Part shown: positions 1-7,899 of the stretch, one piece after another | Layout of the letters: every line of letters begins with the position of its first letter | How positions within the stretch are numbered: position 1 is the stretch's first letter | Assembly: GCA_049513575.1 (NCBI GenBank) | Contig: JBEKVZ010000002.1 | Coordinates: forward strand, 196,774 to 260,773 | Source of the DNA: Gemmatimonadales bacterium | GTDB lineage: Bacteria > Gemmatimonadota > Gemmatimonadetes > Gemmatimonadales > JACORV01 | Direction of reading: 5' to 3' | Length of the DNA stretch: 64,000 nt | Made by a program: the position numbers and the translations under genes | Notes under the pieces: generated by a model | What the model was told of the DNA's origin: nothing | Databases searched by the model: none | The model's input: the letters and a program-made list of their open reading frames with translations, nothing else

Positions 1-2
1 TG

Positions 3-188
3 TACAGCCTCAACCCGGTGGGGCGCGCGATCTGGCGGGCGCTGTCCGGGCACACGGTGGAAGCCATCGCCGGGGAGATCACCCAGGCGTTCGACGTCGA
101 GTACGACCGGGCACTGGGTGACGTGCGCCGCATCCTGGGCGAACTACGGGAAGTCGGCCTGATCGTTCCCGCCGGCGATGCAGCCTGA
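3..188 (+). CDS. PqqD-family peptide chaperone (RRE-like), 5' end cut by window edge
   Basis: Open frame from the window edge to TGA 186-188 reads YSLNPVGRAIWRALSGHTVEAIAGEITQAFDVEYDRALGDVRRILGELREVGLIVPAGDAA. This fits the LNxxGxxIW...EI...Y.V....DV...L..L pattern typical of PqqD-like proteins. Its stop overlaps the next ORF. Confidence 0.7.
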   Translation, partial: YSLNPVGRAIWRALSGHTVEAIAGEITQAFDVEYDRALGDVRRILGELREVGLIVPAGDAA

Positions 189-1143
189 CCGGGCGTCCGT
201 CTCCTTCGCCATCCTCGGCCGACCGTTCACCGCGCGGAACGCATCCACGCACCTGGCGGACTGGCTGCGAACGTTCTGGGACTACCCGGAACATGTTGTG
301 CCGCGCCATCCCCATGTCATCGAGCTTGAAGCGGTCGCCTCAGCGCCCGCAGCGTCGCGCGACGCCTGGGCGTCGAAGCATGTGGTCGTCCCGGGCCGCA
401 CCCTCGCCTTCCGCAACGCCGGGCGAATCTGGGAGATGGACGACGCCGGCGCTGGGCTTCGGCTGGAGCTGCGCGGCGGCGCCTCGGGGATCGAGTTGTG
501 GGGATGCGACGGAGGCGGCGACCTTGCCGCGCTGTATCACGGTCTCTACGTGGCGTTGAGCGAGGCGCTCCGTGCCAGCGGGCTCGTGCCGCTCCACGCC
601 GCGGTGGCGGCGCTGGGGGGCGAGACGGTGGCGTGGCTTGGTGCAAGCGGGATCGGGAAGAGCACGACGCTCCTCAACGCGGTCGGGGCCGGCTGGCGCG
701 CGATCGCGGAGGACCTGTGCTGGCTGGAGCCCGGGACGCTGCGCGTCTACGGCTGGGATCGCGGCGTGCGCTGCTGGCCGAAGACGCTGCACCAGCTCTT
801 CCCGCAGCTGGGGGAGGGCCAGCCCATGCCCGACGGGAAGCGCCTCATCCCCTACGACCGGCTAGGCGCTGATGATTCGCGCACCGGCATTCTCACGCGG
901 CTGGCCGTGCTCGGCCGCGACACCGACGGCCCGTCCCGTTGGGAGCCGGCCACGGCGCGCGAGGTGGTAAAGTCACTGTGGGAGGCGACGGGCGTGCCGC
1001 TCGCCGAGGGGTCGCGCGAGGTGGCCGCGGCTGCGGTGACGCGGCTCAGCCGCCTCCCCGTGGCGCGACTTGTGTTGGGGAACAGCGCGCCGCCGCTCGC
1101 AGGGGCGGCCGGTGTATGGCGCGATCAGGCCCTGGGCGGGTAG
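178..1143 (+). CDS. HPr kinase/phosphorylase-related kinase-like protein
   Basis: 321-aa ORF overlapping the PqqD ORF by 11 nt. It has a P-loop-like GASGIGKSTTLL followed by AEDLCWLE. This resembles HprK C-terminal-domain relatives that accompany PqqD proteins. Confidence 0.65.
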   Translation: MQPDRASVSFAILGRPFTARNASTHLADWLRTFWDYPEHVVPRHPHVIELEAVASAPAASRDAWASKHVVVPGRTLAFRNAGRIWEMDDAGAGLRLELRGGASGIELWGCDGGGDLAALYHGLYVALSEALRASGLVPLHAAVAALGGETVAWLGASGIGKSTTLLNAVGAGWRAIAEDLCWLEPGTLRVYGWDRGVRCWPKTLHQLFPQLGEGQPMPDGKRLIPYDRLGADDSRTGILTRLAVLGRDTDGPSRWEPATAREVVKSLWEATGVPLAEGSREVAAAAVTRLSRLPVARLVLGNSAPPLAGAAGVWRDQALGG

Positions 1144-2414
1144 CGGAAGTTGGCCCGGTAGTCCGGGAATCGCTCCCAGCCGCTCAGCTCAGGCAGGAGC
1201 GCCCCATCTTCCTCGACCCATGCGTGGCCGTGCAATCCCGTAGTGTCACGCCTCACTCCGCTCACGAATTGCACGGGCCACCCCAGCCGGCGCAGTGCCG
1301 CGTAGATCGCGAGCGCCTGCGGCAGGCAACTGCCCTCGGCGGGCCCGACCGGGAGCAGCTTGCAGGCCCAGCGGATGGCGCGGACGGTGCGCCAGCGCGC
1401 ACGTGCGGTGCTGCGCAGGGAAGGCTTGGCATCGCGGGTGAGACCTGCGATCACCGTCCGCACGTCGCGGTGGCGCCGCAAGGCGCGTCGCACGCGAGCG
1501 AGCAGCGGCAGCGTCCGTGCGATGTCCCGGGCCAACCCCGGCCCCCGCGCCATGCGCAGGAGGGGCCCGGGGATGTGCACGAAGCCACCCTCCCATGTCC
1601 CCGCGACTTTCCATCGCAGCGACGCGAGCCGTGAAGGACGCCGTGGAACGGCGGGGGTGCGTGTGGATTCGCAGAGCCGGAGGAAGCACGAGAGCGTTCG
1701 TGAACATCCCAGCTCGTGCGCTCGGCGGGCCAACTCCCCGCGTGTCACAACGCCCCGCTCCATCAGCAGGGCCAGATCAATCGCATCTTGCGGCTTGAGC
1801 CCGCGTGCCGCATCGGCCACGGCCCGCTCGAGCGCGAGGTTCACGACGATCGCGTCCATCGGCTCGGGGACGCGAACGGAGGTTCCCTCCCACTCAAGAA
1901 GCTGGGAACGTGCCCACACCGCTTCCGTGATCTGCCGCTGGCGGTGCTGCCACCACGGCGCCGCCTTCACCACGAGACGTTGCACGTCCAGCTGTGCGGC
2001 GCCGCCCGGCCGGTAAAGAGTGAACAGCTCGGCGCCATCCGTGGCGCCCACGGGGCGCAGAACCGGCCGCTGCTTCCAGCCCAACCGTTGAGCCAGGCGG
2101 AGCGCTTCCGTCCCGTGCTCCTGGCGAATCAGGAGATCCACGTCGCCGTGAAAGCGCACGCCCGGCGCCGGATAGACGAACTCGGCGAGGTAGAAACCCT
2201 TGGTGAGGAGCGCTTCGATGCCTGCCGCGCGCCAGGCCGCGATCAGCGGGACCAGCTCGCGCTTGATCTCGTGGTGACGGGCGAGGGCGGCGAGATATTC
2301 CCGCCGCACCGCGGCGTTCCACCGTTCTGACGGCGCGCAGGCGTAGAGGTACGGCCCGAGGCCGGCCGTGCTGCGCACGCCCGCTTCGGGCAACGCCCGC
2401 ACGGCGCCTCTCAC
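1125..2414 (-). CDS. Fusion protein: nucleotidyltransferase-family domain (N) + lasso-peptide B2-type transglutaminase-like protease domain (C)
   Basis: The N-half has LTKGFYLAEFVYP...RFHGDVDLLI, like the uncharacterised nucleotidyltransferase family. The C-half has SCLPQALAIYAALRRLGWPVQFVSGV...GLHGHAWVEEDG, the Cys...His pattern of B2/McjB-like proteases. Its GTG start overlaps the stop of the upstream FG-GAP gene, and its 3' end overlaps the convergent ORF by 19 nt. Confidence 0.65.
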   Translation of the reverse strand: MRGAVRALPEAGVRSTAGLGPYLYACAPSERWNAAVRREYLAALARHHEIKRELVPLIAAWRAAGIEALLTKGFYLAEFVYPAPGVRFHGDVDLLIRQEHGTEALRLAQRLGWKQRPVLRPVGATDGAELFTLYRPGGAAQLDVQRLVVKAAPWWQHRQRQITEAVWARSQLLEWEGTSVRVPEPMDAIVVNLALERAVADAARGLKPQDAIDLALLMERGVVTRGELARRAHELGCSRTLSCFLRLCESTRTPAVPRRPSRLASLRWKVAGTWEGGFVHIPGPLLRMARGPGLARDIARTLPLLARVRRALRRHRDVRTVIAGLTRDAKPSLRSTARARWRTVRAIRWACKLLPVGPAEGSCLPQALAIYAALRRLGWPVQFVSGVRRDTTGLHGHAWVEEDGALLPELSGWERFPDYRANFRYPPRA

Positions 2415-4876
2415 GGGTTCAGCAGCACCGTCGCGGTGTTGTCATTCAAGTTCGCGACGGCGATGGCAAGCTTGCCGTCGTTCTTGAACGCCCCCAGGGT
2501 GACCCCGCGCGGGAGATGTCCGACGCCGACCGCGCTGCCATACACACTGCCAGTAAAGTTCCCCGTCCCGTCGTTGACCAATACCGTCACATCGTTGCTG
2601 TTCGTGTTGACAACCACGAGGTCCACAGAGCCGTCACCATTCATGTCTCCGACGGCGATGGCCCAGGGAGTGCTCTGGGTTGCTCCAACGCTCCACGTGC
2701 TCGCCGCGCCAAAGGCCCCGTGTCCGTCGCCCAACCGCACCATGACGTTGTTGTCACCGGAGTTTGGGACGATCAGGTCCAGGTAGCCGTCCCCGTTCAC
2801 GTCCGCCAGGGCTACGGCGCTCGGCGCGCTCCCTGTCGTGCCCGTCGAATACGGGCTGCCGGTGGCCTGCGTGAATCCGCCCGTTCCGTCACCCAGCAGC
2901 ACTGTCGCATCGTTCGAAGTCTGGTTACCCGTCACGATGTCGAGCTTGCCGTCGCCGTTCACGTCCCCGAGAGCGACTCCGTACGGTCCGGTTCCAACGG
3001 TGAACGGGCTTCCCGAGGCGGGCGTGAAAGCGCCTGTTCCGTCGCCGAGGAGGACGGTGACGGTGTTGTCGGAGTTATTTGCGATCACGAGGTCGAGCTT
3101 TCCGTCCCCGTTGACGTCCCCCGCTTGGATGTCCTGCGGCCCAGAACCGGTGTTGTACGTCTTGACGGCGCCGAACCCGCCCGTGCCGTCGCCCAATCGA
3201 ACGCTCACGGTATTGTCGGTGTAGTTCGCCGTGGCGATGTCGAGCTTGCCGTCGCCATTGAAGTCCGCCAGGACCATCCCCCGCGGCCCCCGGCCGACGG
3301 CGAAGGGGCTGCCCTTGGCAATGGCTTCAGTGAACCCTCCGGCGCCGTCTCCCAGGAACACCGTAACGCTGCCGGCGCCGCCGCCGGCGTAGTTCGCGAC
3401 CAGGAGGTCGAGCTTCCCGTCGCCGTTGATGTCACCGGCCCGGATCGGACGCGGCTGGCTAAGTGGGCCGAGTGGCCCCGTGTCGGCCACGAAGGACGCG
3501 CTGGCAACGGCGGCGGCGACGCGGTATCGGTACACGGTCGGGTGGCACGGGCGGGTGCCCTCGCTCACCCCGTGAAGGCCCGCGGTCAGCGCCACCTCGA
3601 TCGCGTCGCCGGGCCAGAAATGCGCCGCCGGCGCGCTCAGCGTCGCCGTCCCCGCGCCGGTGTACGAACCACTCACGAATGCCCGGCCGCCCTGGAAGCT
3701 GTTCACAGCGAACGTTGCCGATGTCGCTCCGTTCATCGTCTGCCCGAAGGTCGCGGACAAGGTCGCCGTGCTGTCGATGTGGCTCGCCGTGGCGGCGTAC
3801 GGGTTGGGACTCTCCGAGGTGATCCCGATCGAATCCACGAGAAAGCCGGTGGGTGTTCCCGACGTGCCGGCGGTCCGCACGGTGCACATTAAGGTCGCGG
3901 GGCTGCTGCCGACGGTCGTGCTGGTGAGGGAGCGGAGCGAGGCGCCGAGCGCGGTCGCGCGGGTGCCGATCGAGGCCACGGACGTGGCGTCCGCCTCCTC
4001 GAGGCTCTGGGTGATCACGACCTGGTTGTCGTCCACGGGAAGGACCATCATCGAAATCGTGAACGGGTCGTCCGCCGCCGTCGCCTGGAGCGGCACCCTG
4101 AACGCGAACGTCACCAGCCCGTCGAACTGCGACACCCCGGGGTTGGCGGTCAGCGTCCGGCTGCTCGTGCTGCTCGGGTTGCGCACGATGAACGCATACG
4201 GTTGGATGCTGGTCACATCTGCTGGTGGCGTGACCGCTCCGACCTCGGTCTCGGTGTAGGCCTGCAGCACGTCCGGCGCCCGCGACGTGAAGCCAGCCGT
4301 GCCGCTCAGGTCCGCCCATCCGGTCGGCAGCACCTGGGTCTCCAGGCCCGTGGTGATGTCGCTGCCGTCGAACTTCTTCAGCGTCGCGATCGCCGTCCCG
4401 CCGAGCGTTGACGGCGTGCTCACCGCCAGGAAGGTCAGGTTGGTCCGGTCGTCCCCGTAGGCCACGGAGTCGAACGTCGCATTGCGCACCTGGTAAGTGG
4501 CGCTGACGTACCGGACCCCGCCGCTCCCGCGCGTCCCCCACGTGAACGAAGCGGTCGAGACGCCGACGATTTCCACTGTCCCGTCATATGGGGTCGTCGT
4601 AGACAGCGGCTGCAGGCGTGCGGAGAGGGGTCCCTGCGGCGCGCGCAATGGGCCACCCCGCTCCGTGCGGCTGGCCGCGGCGCCGACCGCGGCTGCGCTC
4701 ACGCCGCGCACGCTGGCTTTCTGCTGCGGCGTGCCGATACCGGTGATCGTGATCTCCATGAGGCCTGCTGCGGCGCGGGCCGTCGGGCGCGCTCCAAGGG
4801 GAGCCGCGGGCTGATCCCGGCAGCCAATCAGCAGAAGCGGGAGGAGCGGCAGGGCGCATCGCAGGACAGGTCGCAT
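2411..4876 (-). CDS. FG-GAP/VCBS repeat lipoprotein (821 aa)
   Basis: ORF 2411..4981. The start was moved to ATG 4876, giving MRPVLRCALPLLPLLLIGC (signal peptide plus lipobox). The C-terminal half carries about 8 repeats of D(I/V/M)NGDGKLDL..N...N.V.VLLGDGTG.F. Confidence 0.8.
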   Translation of the reverse strand: MRPVLRCALPLLPLLLIGCRDQPAAPLGARPTARAAAGLMEITITGIGTPQQKASVRGVSAAAVGAAASRTERGGPLRAPQGPLSARLQPLSTTTPYDGTVEIVGVSTASFTWGTRGSGGVRYVSATYQVRNATFDSVAYGDDRTNLTFLAVSTPSTLGGTAIATLKKFDGSDITTGLETQVLPTGWADLSGTAGFTSRAPDVLQAYTETEVGAVTPPADVTSIQPYAFIVRNPSSTSSRTLTANPGVSQFDGLVTFAFRVPLQATAADDPFTISMMVLPVDDNQVVITQSLEEADATSVASIGTRATALGASLRSLTSTTVGSSPATLMCTVRTAGTSGTPTGFLVDSIGITSESPNPYAATASHIDSTATLSATFGQTMNGATSATFAVNSFQGGRAFVSGSYTGAGTATLSAPAAHFWPGDAIEVALTAGLHGVSEGTRPCHPTVYRYRVAAAVASASFVADTGPLGPLSQPRPIRAGDINGDGKLDLLVANYAGGGAGSVTVFLGDGAGGFTEAIAKGSPFAVGRGPRGMVLADFNGDGKLDIATANYTDNTVSVRLGDGTGGFGAVKTYNTGSGPQDIQAGDVNGDGKLDLVIANNSDNTVTVLLGDGTGAFTPASGSPFTVGTGPYGVALGDVNGDGKLDIVTGNQTSNDATVLLGDGTGGFTQATGSPYSTGTTGSAPSAVALADVNGDGYLDLIVPNSGDNNVMVRLGDGHGAFGAASTWSVGATQSTPWAIAVGDMNGDGSVDLVVVNTNSNDVTVLVNDGTGNFTGSVYGSAVGVGHLPRGVTLGAFKNDGKLAIAVANLNDNTATVLLNP

Positions 4877-5008
4877 CAGTGCCTCAACGTGAGAAGACGC
4901 TCGGCGCCCTTCGCTGCCGGGCGGCCGCGTACTCGTCAGGGGAAGATCGGGACGCTCTGCCGCAACGTGAACGCCTCCCACGGCCCGAGCCGCTCGAGCA
5001 CCGGCGGC

Positions 5009-5329
5009 TCATATGGCAGCCGGGCAGGCAACGAGACAGGGACTGCGCCGCTGGGATCCGGGGCAGCCTGGGACTGCACGTGCGGAGGTGACGTGCCTGG
5101 TTGCATGTGCGTTCCCTTCGTCGGGCGCCAGGTGGATCGCAGCCCGAGCTGCGGTGTCGAGCACTTGGAAATTCAACTGAAGAAACTCGCCGTTCTCGCC
5201 GCACTGGTCAACCCAGATCAGCGGCATCCTGCGCATTCCGACGTAGTGTAGCGGGGTTGCCCATCCGCCGTGGTAGCCCAAGTCACGTGCAGCCTGCGTC
5301 ACAGTCCGCAGCACGTCAGCGGCGGCCAC
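5009..5329 (-). CDS. Hypothetical small protein (start uncertain)
   Basis: Lies in a lower-GC divergent spacer. The minus frame reads VAAADVLRTVTQAARDLGYHGGWATPLHYVGMRRMPLIWVDQCGENGEFLQLNFQVLDTAARAAIHL with mostly G/C third positions. The opposite-strand frames are Arg/Ser-rich junk. GTG 5329 sits 13 nt after AGGAAG. No family was recognised. Confidence 0.25.
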   Translation of the reverse strand: MAAADVLRTVTQAARDLGYHGGWATPLHYVGMRRMPLIWVDQCGENGEFLQLNFQVLDTAARAAIHLAPDEGNAHATRHVTSARAVPGCPGSQRRSPCLVACPAAI

Positions 5330-5722
5330 GGGTTTCGTGCGCTTCCTGCCAGCAGTTAACAGCTGTTTCGTATGGGCTGCTGCATGCGGGCCAGTCCCGG
5401 CCTCGAGAGGCGTGGTTGTCTTCGCTTTGACTGCATCAGTAGTGCCATGTAGCCTCGGCGCAACAACTGAGGCCCGCGGCCGTTGCACGGGCGTCTGTGT
5501 GAATCGCGCAGAAGCACGGCGGCCGACCCGCCGACAACCCCGAGTGAATTGCGCAAGTGCTTGTCGCGTATGATGTTGCGGCGCTGCTCGCGAACGGCCC
5601 TTCGCGGCGCCCGCCATGCTGCGAAAATGGCATGAGCCGTGCTCTAGAAACGCCCGGAGTGTGCGCGGCGCCCGTTTTCAGGCGCCTAGCGGCATACCAC
5701 ACACGAAGTAGGGGGATCCTCA

Positions 5723-6496
5723 GTGCACAACCTCAAGCCGCTTGTCTTCGCCGCAGTATCCTGCGTGGTCGTGGCGGGTTCGCTGTCGGCACAGACCGGG
5801 ACAGGCACCGCTTATTGGCAAGGCGTCAACGGCGCCTCCAGTTGCTACTCGCCTGGCTCCATGGGCTACTCATGCTTCTATACGAACCCGTACTACGAGG
5901 CCTTTAACGTGGCCTCGGCCACGCAACCGCTGTACTACCTGCCGCAGAGCGCGACGCCGTTCGGGCCGACCTACGACGTCTTTTGCGTGGACTACTTGGA
6001 CGAGTCCCGGACGGGCACCTACGCAGTGAACTTCACTAACTTGGGCACGAACCCGCTGGACGTCGGCAAGACGACGCGCGCCAATAGTCTCACGCAGTAC
6101 CTGGAAAGCGCGTGGCTGGCGGGAAAGATCGAATCGGGGCAGTACGCTCCCAGTTCCCCCCAGGCCTACGACATTGCCGGCGCGATCTGGCAAATCATGA
6201 CCGGCTCCAAGGGTCCGACGAGCGACAGCTATGGAAGCGGCGGCATCTCCAGCTGGGTGACTCAGGCGACGACGGCGGACTTGACGACTGTTGACGCCAG
6301 CAGTTGGGTGGTCGTGACCGACGTAAGCACCACCCTAGGCCACGAAAGCACGGCGGGCGAGGCCATTGGCAGCGGTGGCGGCCAGGAGTACCTCGTGCAC
6401 ATCGTCACGCCTGAGCCGGCCACGCTGCTCCTGATGGGCACGGGCCTGCTGGCGATGATCTTGGCCGGCGCAGTGATCCGGCGGCCGATGGCGTAA
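5723..6496 (+). CDS. PEP-CTERM sorting-domain secreted protein
   Basis: GTG start preceded by a GGGGGA RBS. N-terminal signal peptide (AGSLSAQT). The C-terminus VTPEPATLLLMGTGLLAMILAGAVIRRP is a PEP motif plus TM helix plus basic tail. Confidence 0.85.
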   Translation: MHNLKPLVFAAVSCVVVAGSLSAQTGTGTAYWQGVNGASSCYSPGSMGYSCFYTNPYYEAFNVASATQPLYYLPQSATPFGPTYDVFCVDYLDESRTGTYAVNFTNLGTNPLDVGKTTRANSLTQYLESAWLAGKIESGQYAPSSPQAYDIAGAIWQIMTGSKGPTSDSYGSGGISSWVTQATTADLTTVDASSWVVVTDVSTTLGHESTAGEAIGSGGGQEYLVHIVTPEPATLLLMGTGLLAMILAGAVIRRPMA

Positions 6497-6529
6497 GTTG
6501 CGGTTCTGAATTCCTGGAGTTAGAGTGGC

Positions 6530-6568
6530 GAACGGGCTGAGCTTCGGCTCAGCCCGTTCTGCTTTTCT
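6530..6568 (+). terminator. Rho-independent terminator after the PEP-CTERM gene
   Basis: GAACGGGCTGAGC-TTCG-GCTCAGCCCGTTC forms a perfect 13-bp stem, followed by TGCTTTTCT. Confidence 0.75.
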
Positions 6569-6595
6569 GCGACACCTGCCTTCGGAGGGCACCCA

Positions 6596-7123
6596 ATGGC
6601 AACGCACCGCACGACCGATCTGGCTCCGTACCTGACGGGGCCGGCGTATGCGATCGGCCTGCTGTTCGTCCTCATGCCCGCCTTGGATACGTTCGCCCAG
6701 ATGTGGCCTCCGGCGCTCGGAGAGCCTGCCTGGCGCTACGGCACGGTCGGGATCGGAGCGAACTACCTCATCTCGGCGCTGTTCGGGATGCTGTTGATGT
6801 GTCTCGTCGCGGGCCTGCGCCAGCACCGGCGCACGCTGCGGGTGCTCGCGATCGTGAACGGCGTATTGGCGGTCGTGCTGCTGCTCGCGGCGCTCGGTTT
6901 TGCCCTCGACGTGCTCCAAGTTCGGATGGGTGTGCCGAAAGACAACGCGCGCGCTATGTGGCTGTTCAAAGCCGGGGCGGCGAAGGCGGAGCTGAAGTAC
7001 TTGGTCAGCGTCGTGGTTCTCGGCTGGCTCGCGCTTGCCTCGCGGCGCGCGTGGCGCGCAATTCAGCCGCAGGCATCGGACGAGGAGCCCAAACTGGTTC
7101 GGTCGTCGAAGGCCGGGGGCTGA
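6596..7123 (+). CDS. Hypothetical integral membrane protein
   Basis: 175-aa ORF with about 4 hydrophobic helices (YAIGLLFVLMPAL, ALFGMLLMCLVAGL, VLAVVLLLAALGFAL, LVSVVVLGWLALA). No motif was recognised. Confidence 0.55.
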   Translation: MATHRTTDLAPYLTGPAYAIGLLFVLMPALDTFAQMWPPALGEPAWRYGTVGIGANYLISALFGMLLMCLVAGLRQHRRTLRVLAIVNGVLAVVLLLAALGFALDVLQVRMGVPKDNARAMWLFKAGAAKAELKYLVSVVVLGWLALASRRAWRAIQPQASDEEPKLVRSSKAGG

Positions 7124-7159
7124 CCCGGTCGCAGTCTGGGAGCCGGCAATAGGCTCTCG

Positions 7160-7255
7160 CTACTGCCGGCCCGCCATGAGGTAGTCCACCGCCACGTTCG
7201 CCATCACGCGCATCCCGACGGGCAGCGCCGCCTCGTCGGCGTAATGGTGGCTCCA
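7160..7255 (-). pseudogene. Orphan 3'-terminal fragment of an M20 amidohydrolase paralog
   Basis: A minus frame ending at TAG (7160-7162) reads SHHYADEAALPVGMRVMANVAVDYLMAGRQ*. This aligns with the C-terminus of the intact M20 gene (PLFYADEGALPIGIRAMANLAVDYLSGP*). There is no upstream continuation or start codon. Confidence 0.45.
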
Positions 7256-7392
7256 CGCGCAGCGAACGGCTCCGCCGGCCGCACTGGCCGGCCCGGCACA
7301 CTGGCGCCCTGCCTGGCCATTGCGCCCGGCGCGCGGTATATGAGTCTCGGGCCCGCGGGCCGCCGCCGTACGACAACAGGGAGCATCCTGCC

Positions 7393-7896
7393 GTGGAAGT
7401 GACCTGCCCCGCCTGTGGCAGCGCGGACGTCAGATCAGTGCCCCTCATCTGGAAGGAGATCATGTCCGGGCCCCAGCCTTCCAGCGACGTGCTGGCAGCA
7501 GGTCTGGCGCAGGCACGTGTGGGCAGCAGCGCCGCGCGCGCCCTGTCCAAGGAGGACCAGGAATCACTCCTGGCAGACGAGCTTGCTCCACCGCAGAAGC
7601 AGCCGGACCGGCCCGTCGGGGGTTCATGCCGTGACATGGTGACCGGCATCCTGATGATGCTGGCTGGCCTTGCCCTGATTGTCGCAGGTGTTCTTCGGCT
7701 CGCCGCCAAACACCTCATGATGGGGCAGATCGTGACTACGGTTCTCGGAAGTCTGGTCGTGGCGGCAGTGGGTTACGCGTTCTTTCGAGTCGGCGCGCCC
7801 AAGCCCACCTTCAAGCAGTATGAGGATCGCCTCGCTGCCTGGAACTGCATGTTCCTCTGCGTGAAGTGCGGCAACCGCTTCGCGCAAGACGTTTGA
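7393..7896 (+). CDS. Hypothetical membrane protein with N- and C-terminal zinc-ribbon CxxC pairs
   Basis: 167-aa ORF with a GTG start. It has CPACG near the N-terminus and CVKCG near the C-terminus, plus two central hydrophobic helices. Confidence 0.5.
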   Translation: MEVTCPACGSADVRSVPLIWKEIMSGPQPSSDVLAAGLAQARVGSSAARALSKEDQESLLADELAPPQKQPDRPVGGSCRDMVTGILMMLAGLALIVAGVLRLAAKHLMMGQIVTTVLGSLVVAAVGYAFFRVGAPKPTFKQYEDRLAAWNCMFLCVKCGNRFAQDV

Positions 7897-7899
7897 TGG

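Noticed and set aside
1-180. Looked for a short lasso/RiPP precursor ORF near the PqqD and kinase genes.
   Set aside because: There is no free intergenic space because the genes overlap. Any precursor must lie upstream of the window.
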